A DNA stretch of 64,000 bases from PVC group bacterium (lineage in GTDB: Bacteria; Omnitrophota; Gorgyraeia; B26-G9): contig JAAEQR010000003.1 in NCBI GenBank assembly GCA_024231215.1, positions 22,660 to 86,659 on the forward strand, written 5' to 3'. Each line of letters opens with the position of its first letter. Position 1 is the stretch's first letter. This document shows, one piece after another, positions 19,664-29,568 of this stretch. Both the position numbers and the translations under genes were made by a program. A model generated the notes under the pieces. It made no database searches. It was not told the origin of the DNA and worked only from the letters and a program-made list of their open reading frames with translations.

Positions 19664-19771
19664 AGTTATAAATAAATGGTTCTAAATATTAGAGAGATAT
19701 AATATAATATAAAATACCGAATAATATTCGGGATTTTAAAATGCAAGATTAAAAAACAGAGGGGAATATTT

Positions 19772-21073
19772 ATGTTAAAGAAAATTACAATTTTAGTTTT
19801 GTTGTCTTTATTATTTTTTTCGATCAATGGGGACGGTTTGGCCGAAGAAAATAAAAACGTGTGGGTGGGAGTCGGCAGCTCGGTAAATACGGATTTAAAA
19901 GAAGCAGTAAAGGAAGCAGGAGCTCAGATAGAAGAACGGCTGGGGAAATATAAGCCAGATTATGTAATCTTATTTTCGACAATAGGATATAATCCGGTAG
20001 AGTTGTTAAAAGAAGTAAAAAATGAATTAGGTAAGAATGTCAAAATATACGGGGGGACTTCTTGTTTGGCTGTTTTTGATCAGAATGGGTTTCATCAGGG
20101 GGAGATTGCTTCTCTTTCGATGTTAGCGGTTTCGTCTGATGAAATAAAATTCGGAGTAGGCGGGGCTGATTTAGATGCAACCAGTCCTTTTGAAGCAGGG
20201 AAAACAGCGATTATAAAAGCCATGGAAAATTCAGGAAGTAAAGAGGAAAAACCTGATTTAATTCTAATTACCGCTGCTCCCGGTGCGGAAGAATTTATTA
20301 TCGAAGGGATTCAAAGTGTTGTAGGAGATGTCCCGATTACCGGGGGGTCTTCCGCGGATAATTCGATCGAAGGTCAATGGCTGCAGTATGCGAATGGTGA
20401 TTTTTTTAGCAATGGAGTTGTCTTAACAGCTATCTATACAAAATTAAAAATTGGCATTTCTTTTGAAGGAGGATATGGCCGGACGGTTAATACTGGTATT
20501 GTTACTAAAGCTGAAGGCAGGGTTATATATGAGATAAATAACAGGCCTGCGGCAGTTGTATATAATGAATGGGTTAACGGTGAATTTAAAGATGTCTTAA
20601 CGGACGGAGGAAATATTTTATCCCGGGCTACTTTTTATCCTTTGGCTAAAAGCATTAGAGGGAGCGGGGATGTCTGGTATTCTTTGACTGTGCATCCGAG
20701 TACTATAAATGCTCCGGAACAGTCATTATCCACATTTGTTAAGGTAGAAGAAGGGGACAATCTAACTCTTATGAGGGGGGATTGGGAGATACTTCTTAAT
20801 AGAGGAATGTCAACACCAAAGCTGGCTTTAAAAAACGGAGGGTTAGATAGGGATAATATTGTTTTTGGTATTTATACTTTTTGCGGGGGATCTATGCTGG
20901 CTATACCGGAAAGCGAGAGACCCAAACTGTCTTTGTTAGCAAATAGGGTATTAAAAGATATTCCTTATGTTGGAACATTTACGTTTGGAGAGCAGGGCTA
21001 TGTTTCCGGGATAGGTAACATGCATGGTAATTTAGTAAGTACAATGGTGTTGTTTAGCGATAGCGAGGAATAA
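19772..21073 (+). CDS. hypothetical exported protein (possibly a FIST-like fold)
   Basis: It has a signal peptide and a Gly-rich ~430-aa body. The domain assignment is weak. Confidence 0.35.
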   Translation: MLKKITILVLLSLLFFSINGDGLAEENKNVWVGVGSSVNTDLKEAVKEAGAQIEERLGKYKPDYVILFSTIGYNPVELLKEVKNELGKNVKIYGGTSCLAVFDQNGFHQGEIASLSMLAVSSDEIKFGVGGADLDATSPFEAGKTAIIKAMENSGSKEEKPDLILITAAPGAEEFIIEGIQSVVGDVPITGGSSADNSIEGQWLQYANGDFFSNGVVLTAIYTKLKIGISFEGGYGRTVNTGIVTKAEGRVIYEINNRPAAVVYNEWVNGEFKDVLTDGGNILSRATFYPLAKSIRGSGDVWYSLTVHPSTINAPEQSLSTFVKVEEGDNLTLMRGDWEILLNRGMSTPKLALKNGGLDRDNIVFGIYTFCGGSMLAIPESERPKLSLLANRVLKDIPYVGTFTFGEQGYVSGIGNMHGNLVSTMVLFSDSEE

Positions 21074-21271
21074 AGGCTTCTATGTTAATGAGAAAAAGAG
21101 TTTATCCGCTTTGACGATTGTAAAGAAGATCGTACAATTCTAGCAAAAAAAGCAGCTTGACCTTACCACGGGTGAAAAAAATCACTAAAAACCAATGTTA
21201 TGTAACATGTTGAAAACAAATAAATTGATTCAGACTTCCAGCCACAATTCAAAATAAATTCAAAAAACAAG

Positions 21272-21316
21272 TTGACAAAGTAATTTTTTATGGTATATTA
21301 GTGAATAAATTCACAG
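21272..21316 (+). promoter_or_regulatory. rex promoter: TTGACA, 17-nt spacer, TATATT. It overlaps a Rex-operator-like inverted repeat, TAGTGAATAAATTCACAG.
   Basis: The -35 is at 21272-21277 and the -10 at 21295-21300. The palindrome GTGAA-TAAA-TTCAC at 21299-21316 matches the Rex box consensus TTGTGAA-N4-TTCACAA at 14 of 16 positions, counting the TAAA spacer as the consensus N4. Confidence 0.6.
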
Positions 21317-21334
21317 ATATACTTGGAGGGGTTG

Positions 21335-21958
21335 ATGGATTTTTCGAATAACACAATTGATCGGATTTGCCGGATATTTGGATATCTTACAGTATTAGAG
21401 AAAAAAGGTATTGATTTTATTTCGTCAAAAGAGTTAGCCGAAGCTATCGGAGCTACAGAATATACAATCCGCAAGGATTTTAGTACTTTAAATTTTAAGG
21501 GATATACAAGAAGAGGGTATGCGGTTAAATCATTAAAGAATAAAATCGGCGATAAGTTTCTTTTAAATCAAAAACGAAGAGCGTGTATTGTCGGGTTGGG
21601 ACGGTTGGGAACGGCATTACTTGATTATGAAAAATTTCAGGAAGACGGATTTGAAATTATTGCCGGGTTTGATATAAGCATTAATAAAATAGAGCGTATT
21701 CAGACAGATATTGATGTATTTGCGATAAGCCGTTTGCCGGATATTGTGAAAAGTAAAAATATAGAGTTAGGCATTATTACTGTGCCAGGGGAAGCAGCTC
21801 AAAAGGTTGCGGATATTTTAATTAAGGCGGGAGTTAAAGGTATTTTAAATTTCTCTCCGGCCAAGATAAATGTGCCGCAATCTATTGTTCATCTGGATAA
21901 AGATTTTACAAGTGCTTTGCGGTTTATTGCCGCAAGGTTTATGGTGGAGAGGAAGTAA
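21335..21958 (+). CDS. rex: redox-sensing transcriptional repressor Rex
   Basis: It has a winged helix (YTIRKDFS), the Rossmann NADH-binding motif IVGLGRLGTALL, and is ~205 aa long. The ATG at 21335 follows a GGAGGGG RBS. Confidence 0.85.
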   Translation: MDFSNNTIDRICRIFGYLTVLEKKGIDFISSKELAEAIGATEYTIRKDFSTLNFKGYTRRGYAVKSLKNKIGDKFLLNQKRRACIVGLGRLGTALLDYEKFQEDGFEIIAGFDISINKIERIQTDIDVFAISRLPDIVKSKNIELGIITVPGEAAQKVADILIKAGVKGILNFSPAKINVPQSIVHLDKDFTSALRFIAARFMVERK

Positions 21959-21965
21959 TGATTCC

Positions 21966-22054
21966 GGGCACTAAGAGAGTAGGGGGTACCCTACAGTGCC
22001 ACGGACATAATTCACGCATATAAATTACATCACTTTGTTCTGTAATTTATGCGT
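21966..22054 (+). promoter_or_regulatory. structured serC leader containing two stem-loops
   Basis: The first stem-loop is the compound hairpin GGGCACT…GTAGGG-GGTA-CCCTAC-AGTGCC (21966-22000). The second is the imperfect inverted repeat ACGCATATAAATTACA / TGTAATTTATGCGT (22015-22054), which ends 5 nt before the serC RBS. Confidence 0.45.
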
Positions 22055-22071
22055 TCATTGAGGAGGTAGTT

Positions 22072-23160
22072 ATGACAGAGATTTATAATTTTAGTGCAGG
22101 TCCGGCAGTATTGCCGAAAGAGGTATTACAAAAAGCAGCTGATGAATTATTGAATTATAATGGATCAGGTATGTCTGTGATGGAGATGTCCCATAGAAGC
22201 GCTGATTTTAAAAACATTATTGATTCTGCGGAATCTAATTTAAGGCAGATAATGGGGATTCCGGAAAATTATAAGGTGTTATTTTTACAGGGAGGTGCGA
22301 GTTTACAGTTTGCAATGATCCCGCTTAATTTAATGAATAAAAATAAAAAAGCTGATTATGTGCATACAGGACAGTGGTCGAAAAAAGCAATAGCTGAAGC
22401 TAAAAAATTTGGAGATGTAAATATCGTTGCTAGTTCGGAAGGGGATAATTATACTAATATTCCAAAGCTTGATCCTGCTATATTTTCTGAGGATGCTGAT
22501 TACTTTTATATTGTAAGCAATAACACTATTTATGGTACTACTTATAATGATTTGCCGGATACGGGCAATGTCCCTTTGGTAGCAGATATGTCCTCGAATA
22601 TTTTATCTGAGCCAATTGATGTTTCAAAATTTGGCGTGATTTTCGCCGGAGCTCAAAAAAATATAGGCCCAGCCGGAGTAACGATTGTGATTATTCGTGA
22701 AGATTTAGTTGGTAATGCTGTGGATAATATCCCAACGATGTTGAACTATAAAACACATGCTGATGCCGGATCCATGTTTAATACGCCGCCGTGTTATTCA
22801 ATTTATATGGCTGGATTGGTATTTGCCTGGATTAAGCAAAAAGGCGGCTTGGCCCAGGTGAAAAAGATCAACGAAGTAAAAGCGAATATGTTATATGATT
22901 ATCTGGATAATTCTAAACTTTTTAGTAGTCCGGTGCAGAAAGAAAATAGATCCTTGATGAATATTCCTTTTGTTACTGGTAATGAAGAGATTGATGCTAA
23001 GTTTATTAAAGAAGCTTCGGCGCGTGGATTAAAAACACTTAAAGGTCATCGTACAGTTGGAGGGATGAGGGCAAGTATTTATAATGCGATGCCGATTGAG
23101 GGAGTTAAGGCTTTGGTTGAATTTATGAAGGAGTTTGAGAAGGAGGTTGGAAATGCATAA
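22072..23160 (+). CDS. serC: phosphoserine aminotransferase SerC
   Basis: It has the full-length class V aminotransferase fold (…FLQGGASLQF…, PLP-lysine region IFAGAQKNIGPAG). Confidence 0.85.
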   Translation: MTEIYNFSAGPAVLPKEVLQKAADELLNYNGSGMSVMEMSHRSADFKNIIDSAESNLRQIMGIPENYKVLFLQGGASLQFAMIPLNLMNKNKKADYVHTGQWSKKAIAEAKKFGDVNIVASSEGDNYTNIPKLDPAIFSEDADYFYIVSNNTIYGTTYNDLPDTGNVPLVADMSSNILSEPIDVSKFGVIFAGAQKNIGPAGVTIVIIREDLVGNAVDNIPTMLNYKTHADAGSMFNTPPCYSIYMAGLVFAWIKQKGGLAQVKKINEVKANMLYDYLDNSKLFSSPVQKENRSLMNIPFVTGNEEIDAKFIKEASARGLKTLKGHRTVGGMRASIYNAMPIEGVKALVEFMKEFEKEVGNA

Positions 23161-24325
23161 AGTTTTAAAACTTAATAAGATTGCGGTTGAAGGTTTGAGC
23201 ATGTTTCCGTTAGATCAGTATGAGATTGGAACAGAGACTAAAGATCCTGATGTGATATTGTTACGTAGCTATAAGATGCATGACATGACGTTGGGAGACA
23301 ACTTATTGGCAGTTGGCAGAGCCGGAGCTGGTGTAAATAATATTCCGGTTGAAGAATGTTCGAAAAAGGGAATTGTTGTGTTTAATACTCCCGGGGCAAA
23401 TGCTAACGCGGTAAAGGAAATGACTATAGCTAGTCTTCTTTTGTCTTCGCGGGATATTGTGGGCGGGGTTAATTTTACCCAAACTTTGAAAGATAAGGGA
23501 GCTGAGGTTCCGGCACTTGTCGAAGCGAATAAAAAGAATTATGCTGGGCAGGAGATAATGGGTAAGAAATTGGCTGTTATTGGTCTGGGCAAAATAGGTG
23601 TAATGGTTGCTAATAGCGCGGTTGATTTGGGCATGGAAGTTATGGGGTATGATCCGTTTATTTCGGTTGAATCTGCTTGGGGATTATCCAGAGCGGTAAA
23701 GAGAGCCGAAGGGTTGGAAGCGTTAATTGCCGAAGCTGATTATATTTCAGTACATACGCCGTTAACAGACAAAACGCGCGGCATAATCAATGTGGATAAA
23801 TTTAACTGCATGAAAAAAGGCGTGCGTATTCTGAATTTCTCCCGCGGTGGGATTGTGAATAATGATGATTTAAAAGCGGCAATTGAAAAGGATATTGTAG
23901 CACGTTATGTAACTGACTTTCCGGATGATGAGCTTTTAAACATGAAGAATATATTAACCATCCCTCATCTAGGTGCTTCAACCCAGGAATCAGAGCGCAA
24001 CTGTGCGGTAATGATTGCTAAAGAGATGCGGGATTTTGTGGAGACAGGAAAGATCAAGAATTCGGTTAATTATCCGGATTGCAAATTAGATCAGAGTACG
24101 GATTTTCGGGTTATTGTTATGCATGAGAATATTCCGAATATGGTACGTCAGGCAACGGAAATCCTGGCAGATGCAAAGATCAATATCAACGAGATGTTGA
24201 ATAAGAGTAAAGGAAACTATTCCTGTACGATTATTGACGCTTCTGATGAGCCGAGTGAGAAGCTGATAAAGGCTATATGCGCGGTAGAGGGAGTTTCTAA
24301 GGTCAGGATGTTGTGTTTTAAGTGA
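23153..24325 (+). CDS. serA: D-3-phosphoglycerate dehydrogenase SerA-like (2-hydroxyacid dehydrogenase with a C-terminal ACT domain)
   Basis: It has the NAD-binding motif VIGLGKIGV and a catalytic His/Glu region. It is adjacent to serC. The ATG at 23153 follows an AGGAGG RBS. Confidence 0.75.
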   Translation: MHKVLKLNKIAVEGLSMFPLDQYEIGTETKDPDVILLRSYKMHDMTLGDNLLAVGRAGAGVNNIPVEECSKKGIVVFNTPGANANAVKEMTIASLLLSSRDIVGGVNFTQTLKDKGAEVPALVEANKKNYAGQEIMGKKLAVIGLGKIGVMVANSAVDLGMEVMGYDPFISVESAWGLSRAVKRAEGLEALIAEADYISVHTPLTDKTRGIINVDKFNCMKKGVRILNFSRGGIVNNDDLKAAIEKDIVARYVTDFPDDELLNMKNILTIPHLGASTQESERNCAVMIAKEMRDFVETGKIKNSVNYPDCKLDQSTDFRVIVMHENIPNMVRQATEILADAKININEMLNKSKGNYSCTIIDASDEPSEKLIKAICAVEGVSKVRMLCFK

Positions 24326-24341
24326 TAAAGGGAGGGAAGAG

Positions 24342-25091
24342 ATGAAGAATGTTATTAGAAATACAATAGGATTATTGTTGGCCAGCCAGACTGCGGCTTA
24401 TGCATATACAAGTAAGCGTGAGATTAACTGGAATGATCAGGTTTTGCAGCCGCTTAAAAACGCATTGGTGGATGCTGTAAGTTTTATCCCGGATATTGTC
24501 TTTGCTGTGTTGATTTTGGTTTCGGGGTGGTTAATAGCTAAAATTGTGCAGTTTGTGATATCCCGTTTTCTTCTATCTATAAAATTTGATAACTTTGCCC
24601 AAAAAATGGGAATTACTGAATTATTAGGTGAAGGAAAAGAACCAATTGCGCCGCATCGCTGGATAGGTAATTTGTCGTTCTGGGTGGTTATTGTAATAAG
24701 TATTATTTCAAGTCTAAATCAGCTTCAGCTTAGGCTTGCTTCAGCCAGGTTAGATGGGTTGCTGCATTTTCTGTCTACTATTTTCAGCACTGTGGTTATT
24801 TTTATTATTGGTATGTTTTTGAGTTTTATCGCGGCAAAATTAATACGAGTAATTGCTCAAAATCTTAAGATGCAGAAACCGGAATTGTTTGCAAATTTAA
24901 CGAAGTGGACGGTTCTTGTGTTTACGGCTATGGTGTGTTTAATGGAAATCGGCTTACCTCCGCAGATAGTGCTTATTGCTATTACTATTGTTTTTGTGAC
25001 TTTGTGTATTACTTTTGTTATCGCCTTTGGTACGGGGGGCATTGGTTGGGCATCAAAAGTACTGGATAGGACTTTAGAGAAAAAAAATTAA
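24342..25091 (+). CDS. hypothetical polytopic membrane protein
   Basis: It has five or six predicted transmembrane helices and no catalytic motifs. Confidence 0.5.
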   Translation: MKNVIRNTIGLLLASQTAAYAYTSKREINWNDQVLQPLKNALVDAVSFIPDIVFAVLILVSGWLIAKIVQFVISRFLLSIKFDNFAQKMGITELLGEGKEPIAPHRWIGNLSFWVVIVISIISSLNQLQLRLASARLDGLLHFLSTIFSTVVIFIIGMFLSFIAAKLIRVIAQNLKMQKPELFANLTKWTVLVFTAMVCLMEIGLPPQIVLIAITIVFVTLCITFVIAFGTGGIGWASKVLDRTLEKKN

Positions 25092-25115
25092 TCTAAAACG
25101 ATAATAATTTTAGAA

Positions 25116-25149
25116 CAGCCGGCAAGATATTAGCCGGCTGTTTTTATTT
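25116..25149 (+). terminator. intrinsic terminator (CAGCCGGC…GCCGGCTG followed by TTTTTATTT)
   Basis: A perfect 8-bp GC stem plus a T-run. Confidence 0.85.
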
Positions 25150-25175
25150 ATGGGGATATGGTAAAATAGCACATT

Positions 25176-25919
25176 ATGGGAAAGAAACTATTAGGGATAG
25201 TAAAAACAAAAGATAATATTAAAATATCGTATGAGCACCGGCAGAATGGATTTCCTTCGGTGGTGATCGTGTGTCCTGGTTTTTTTAACAGTAAAAAGAA
25301 CCGATGGATACGTCGGACTGTGGATATTGTCAGTGAAGAGCATGATGCGATTGTGCTTGATTTTCGCGGGCATGGAGATAGCGGAGGATTATTTACCTGG
25401 TCTGCTAAAGATTATTATGATGTTCAGGCAATAGTTGAATACGCGCGGTCTTGCGGTTATGAATCGATTGGGATTTTGGGATATTCTCTAGGTGCCGCCG
25501 CCGCAGTAAATGCGGTAAGTTATACGAAGGATATAAGGAGTATGATCCTGATTAGTGGACCGTATGATTTCTGGCAGATAAATTATCATTTCTGGGAGCC
25601 GGAGGTGATTTCGGATTTAAAGGATAATATTGATTGTGCCTGGGAGGGAAAAGGTGCGCGGGTTGATAGTTTGTTTATTCCTAAGCCAAAACCAATTACA
25701 CAGATAAAACGTATTACAGAAACACCGATACTGCTTATTCATGGTACACGAGATTGGATCATAAAAGATTATCATTCTCAGAAGTTATTTGATGCAGCGC
25801 CGGGAGAGAAAAAAATAGAACTAATAAAAGGTGGTTTGCACGCGGAACGGCTGATTCAGCAGTACCCGGAGCGGATGAAGCGGTTAATACTAGGCTGGCT
25901 GAAGAAAACAATGGGTTAG
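25176..25919 (+). CDS. alpha/beta-fold hydrolase
   Basis: It has the nucleophile elbow GYSLGAAAA and a length and catalytic-triad spacing typical of the fold. Confidence 0.65.
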   Translation: MGKKLLGIVKTKDNIKISYEHRQNGFPSVVIVCPGFFNSKKNRWIRRTVDIVSEEHDAIVLDFRGHGDSGGLFTWSAKDYYDVQAIVEYARSCGYESIGILGYSLGAAAAVNAVSYTKDIRSMILISGPYDFWQINYHFWEPEVISDLKDNIDCAWEGKGARVDSLFIPKPKPITQIKRITETPILLIHGTRDWIIKDYHSQKLFDAAPGEKKIELIKGGLHAERLIQQYPERMKRLILGWLKKTMG

Positions 25920-25924
25920 TACAA

Positions 25925-28153
25925 ATGATTATTTTCCGAAGTTTATTTAAATTAAAATGTGTTTGTTGTTTCATTTGCCTGGTATTGGCTGTCCCGGTCT
26001 TTGCGCAGGAATATGTGGTAACTCGACCGAAGATTGCCTTGGTGTTGGGAGGAGGGGGAGCACGCGGAGCGGCTCATGTAGGAGTTCTAAAAGTTCTCGA
26101 AGAGCAGCGTGTTCCGGTTGATTATATTGTGGGGACAAGCATGGGGGCACTTGTGGCCGGATTGTATGTGTCTGGAATTTCCCCAGAAGAGATGGAAACA
26201 TTATTTAACGAAATTGATTGGGATAGTCTTTTTAAGGATAAACCGACCGATGATTACTTGCCGTTCCGGCTAAAAGGTGATGAACAGCGCTTTATGGTAC
26301 TTGAGACAGGTATCAAGCAAGGTAAGATTGTTTTGCCGCGCGGATTTATTGCCGGGCAAAAACTCAGTTTTTTTCTTAAAAAAATGACTCTACCGGTTTC
26401 GGATATAGAAAACTTTGATCAATTGCCGATTCCTTATCGTGCGGTAGCTGCTGATATCGGCACAGGAGATGCTTTTATATTTGATCATGGTAATATTGCG
26501 GAAGCTATGCGGGCAAGCATGACTATCCCTGGGGTATTTTCACCAGTGGAGATTGATGGGCATGTACTGGTTGATGGTGGGGTAGTAAATAATGTGCCGA
26601 TTGATGTTGCCCGAGATATGGGTGCGGATATTATTATTGTGGTTGAAGTTGGGCCGGTGCTTGAAAATACCGAAAAATTAAAATCTGCCGTAGCGATTAT
26701 GATGCAATCTCTTGATATTTTGGGCAAGGGGGATGTACAGCGTAAGCTTGCTTTACTTTCAGAGGATGATATTTTAATTCAGCCGGATGTGGGCAGTATT
26801 GAAACCGGAAGTTTTTATCAGGCCCCGGAAGCGGTTATTACCGGAGAAAAAGCTGCACGAAAGGCTGAGAATAGCTTTAGTAAGTTTGGTGTTTCGGCAA
26901 AAGAGTATGAGGCATATTTAACTAGGTTGCGTCCAGAAAAAAAAGATCCGATAACTATAGATTTTATTGAAGTGGCAAATCCTGAAAAATTAAGACCGGA
27001 AATAATTAAAGGCAGGCTTTCTGTTAAGACCGGAGAAGAACTTGATTTGAAGCGGTTACAAAAAGATCTTACGCGTGTGTATGCTATGGGTGATTTTGAA
27101 AAAGTAGAGTTTGATGTTGTTCGTCGGGATAGTCAACGGGGGTTGTATATTAAAACCAAAGAAAAAGAATGGGGACCGGATTATTTGCGTTTTGGCCTTA
27201 ATCTGAATAGTGATTCTACGGGTGATAGTGAATATACCGCACTTGCAGATTATCGCATGACCCAGATTAACTCATTGGGAGGAGAATGGCGGAATATCTT
27301 TCAGTTTGGAGCGACTACCGGACTTTTTTCTGAATTTCATCAGCCCCTGGACGTATACAATCGTTTTTTTATCGCGCCTAATTTTAGAATTGAACGGTAT
27401 TTGTCAGATGTATATGAGAATGATGATCGAGTTGCGGAATACCGGGTTGATTATCACGGAGCCGGAGTTAATTTGGGAGTGAATGTTAGTTCATATACAC
27501 AGTTTAAAATGGGATTAACACGCGGTAGTATAGAGGCAAATTCGGGCATAGGAGGGGTGGCTCTTCCTGAATTTAATAGTATTCAGGAAGGAGCTTTTAC
27601 GGCGAAATTAATATATGATCAGCTGGATAGTCATATCTTTCCGTCCCGCGGAATTCAATCGCAGTTAGCTTTATATCTTTCCGATAAAAAACTCGGAGCT
27701 GATTTTAATTATGAAAAATTGAAATTCGATCTGATGAAAGCCAGAACATATTATAGAAAGCATACTTTTGTGGCTGGTTGCGAGGCCGGGATGAGTGTGG
27801 ACGAGGATACTCCGTTTTATGATCAGTTTACATTGGGTGGTTTCTTGTCTCTTTCTGGCTATGAAGAAAACCAGTTGCGAGCTCAGCACAGCGGATTGGG
27901 AAGATTGATTTATTTTTACACGCTGGGTGACGATGCGTCCGGGGTAGCTCGCAATATTCATTTAGGTGCGGCGCTTGAGTATGGTAATGTCTGGGATGAC
28001 TTTGATGATATTGCGTTTAATGACTCGCGTTTAAGCGGCACGGTTTTTGTCGGAATGAAAACTATGCTCGGTCCATTGTATTTTGGTTATGGGCTGGCTG
28101 AGGGGTATTCTGACGGCAGGCTGTATCTTTTCTTAGGGCAGACATTCTATTGA
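25925..28153 (+). CDS. PlpD-like type Vd autotransporter: patatin-like phospholipase fused to a POTRA domain and an Omp85-type β-barrel
   Basis: It has a signal peptide, the patatin motifs GGGGARGAAHVG and GTSMGAL, and DGGVVNN. The C-terminal ~300 aa form a β-barrel ending in an aromatic residue (…LGQTFY). Confidence 0.7.
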   Translation: MIIFRSLFKLKCVCCFICLVLAVPVFAQEYVVTRPKIALVLGGGGARGAAHVGVLKVLEEQRVPVDYIVGTSMGALVAGLYVSGISPEEMETLFNEIDWDSLFKDKPTDDYLPFRLKGDEQRFMVLETGIKQGKIVLPRGFIAGQKLSFFLKKMTLPVSDIENFDQLPIPYRAVAADIGTGDAFIFDHGNIAEAMRASMTIPGVFSPVEIDGHVLVDGGVVNNVPIDVARDMGADIIIVVEVGPVLENTEKLKSAVAIMMQSLDILGKGDVQRKLALLSEDDILIQPDVGSIETGSFYQAPEAVITGEKAARKAENSFSKFGVSAKEYEAYLTRLRPEKKDPITIDFIEVANPEKLRPEIIKGRLSVKTGEELDLKRLQKDLTRVYAMGDFEKVEFDVVRRDSQRGLYIKTKEKEWGPDYLRFGLNLNSDSTGDSEYTALADYRMTQINSLGGEWRNIFQFGATTGLFSEFHQPLDVYNRFFIAPNFRIERYLSDVYENDDRVAEYRVDYHGAGVNLGVNVSSYTQFKMGLTRGSIEANSGIGGVALPEFNSIQEGAFTAKLIYDQLDSHIFPSRGIQSQLALYLSDKKLGADFNYEKLKFDLMKARTYYRKHTFVAGCEAGMSVDEDTPFYDQFTLGGFLSLSGYEENQLRAQHSGLGRLIYFYTLGDDASGVARNIHLGAALEYGNVWDDFDDIAFNDSRLSGTVFVGMKTMLGPLYFGYGLAEGYSDGRLYLFLGQTFY

Positions 28154-28216
28154 AAATTATGGTTTAAAGCGCCACGAAAAGAGTATTTTTGCTTTAGCTA
28201 ATTTAAAGTGAAATAT

Positions 28217-29371
28217 ATGAAAACTTATAAAACAAAAATATATGATTTATCATTTGGCGGTGCCGGAGTTGGCAAGGTTGACGGTAAGGTGTGTTTTGTC
28301 CGCGGGGCTTTGCCGGAAGAAGAAGTTGTTTTTAACGTCGAGAAAGAGACCTCGAGCTATATTAAAGGTTTGGTTATTGAATTGCTTAATACTTCTTCTG
28401 ATCGCATCGAACCAAAATGTAAATATTATAATGTTTGCGGGGGATGTCAATACCAGCATCTTACCTATGAAAAAGAAATTTTCTATAAAAAACTGCAAGT
28501 TGAAGATTTAGTTCGAAGGTTTGGCGGCATCAATGATTTTAAAACCGAAATTATAGCTTCAAAAGATCCTTATGAGTATCGTAGTAGTATTACCTTGCAT
28601 AAGGCGGATAAAGGGTATGGGTTTTGTCGGTATAATTCAAATGAAATTATAGGAATAGATCAGTGTTCAATAGCATCTAAGAGTATAAATAAGTTATTGC
28701 CCATAGCCGGCGAAGGAGCGCAGAAAGATAGATTGACATTGAAGGAAGATTGTAGCGGAAGGGTTTGGCGTTCTGATAGAAAAGAAGATAAGTTTTTCAC
28801 GGATACATATGCAGATAAGGATATGGTTTTTTCTCCTCGCATATTTTCACAGTGCAATCGCTATATTGCCTTAAAAATAGCCGAAGAGTTGAAGGGATGG
28901 ATTCAGGAGACAGATAATGATTCAGCATTTTTTGATATGTATTGCGGTGCGGGATTTTTTTCGTTTCTTCTGCCGGATTTTGTTTTAAAAGTGGGAATGG
29001 ATTATGAAGGTATTGCTATTGACTGCGCAAAAAAAACATTGAAAAATGTTGGGTTTAAAAACCACAGGTTTTATAAAGGTGATGTGGATAGATTGTTCAA
29101 ATCTGTTTTCAATCGCAATAAAAAAGCTAAAAACATTTTACTTTTAGACCCGCCGCGTAAAGGATTGAGCAAAAATCTCATCAAAATATTAACAGCTATG
29201 AATGATATCGATGCGTTCTATTATGTGTCCTGCGATCCTTCTACATTAGCTAGGGATATAAAACTGTTATGTTCTGGTAGTTGTTGGCAGCTTGAAAGGT
29301 TTAAGGTTTTTGATATGTTTCCCCGTACATATCATGTGGAGTGCTTGGCAGAGTTTAAGCGTGGTGAATAG
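28217..29371 (+). CDS. TRAM-domain 23S rRNA/tRNA (uracil-5)-methyltransferase, RlmD/RumA family
   Basis: It has an N-terminal TRAM domain, the Fe-S cluster motif CKYYNVCGGCQYQH and a C-terminal Rossmann methyltransferase with the catalytic Cys in VSCDP. Confidence 0.7.
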   Translation: MKTYKTKIYDLSFGGAGVGKVDGKVCFVRGALPEEEVVFNVEKETSSYIKGLVIELLNTSSDRIEPKCKYYNVCGGCQYQHLTYEKEIFYKKLQVEDLVRRFGGINDFKTEIIASKDPYEYRSSITLHKADKGYGFCRYNSNEIIGIDQCSIASKSINKLLPIAGEGAQKDRLTLKEDCSGRVWRSDRKEDKFFTDTYADKDMVFSPRIFSQCNRYIALKIAEELKGWIQETDNDSAFFDMYCGAGFFSFLLPDFVLKVGMDYEGIAIDCAKKTLKNVGFKNHRFYKGDVDRLFKSVFNRNKKAKNILLLDPPRKGLSKNLIKILTAMNDIDAFYYVSCDPSTLARDIKLLCSGSCWQLERFKVFDMFPRTYHVECLAEFKRGE

Positions 29372-29568
29372 GGGAGTGTTTTTTTAGGTATTGTAAAATA
29401 AAATGTTGTATTTTCGCCCAGTATTGATTCTACCCAAATTGTTCCTTTGTGCATTTGCACGATTTTTTTTACGATGGCAAGGCCTGCTCCGGTGCCTTCA
29501 GAATTCTTACGTTTTTCAAGCCTTTGGAAAATCTCAAATATTTTTGCAATTCTCGGATCATTTTGCAT
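29332..29568 (-). pseudogene. remnant of a sensor histidine kinase (only the HATPase_c C-terminal ~75 aa remain)
   Basis: The fragment reads …IFEIFQRLEKRKNSEGTGAGLAIVKKIVQMHKGTIWVESILGENTTFYFTIP, which covers only the G2 box. There is no HisKA or sensor module upstream on the - strand. The 29570-29850 region is non-coding. Confidence 0.55.
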
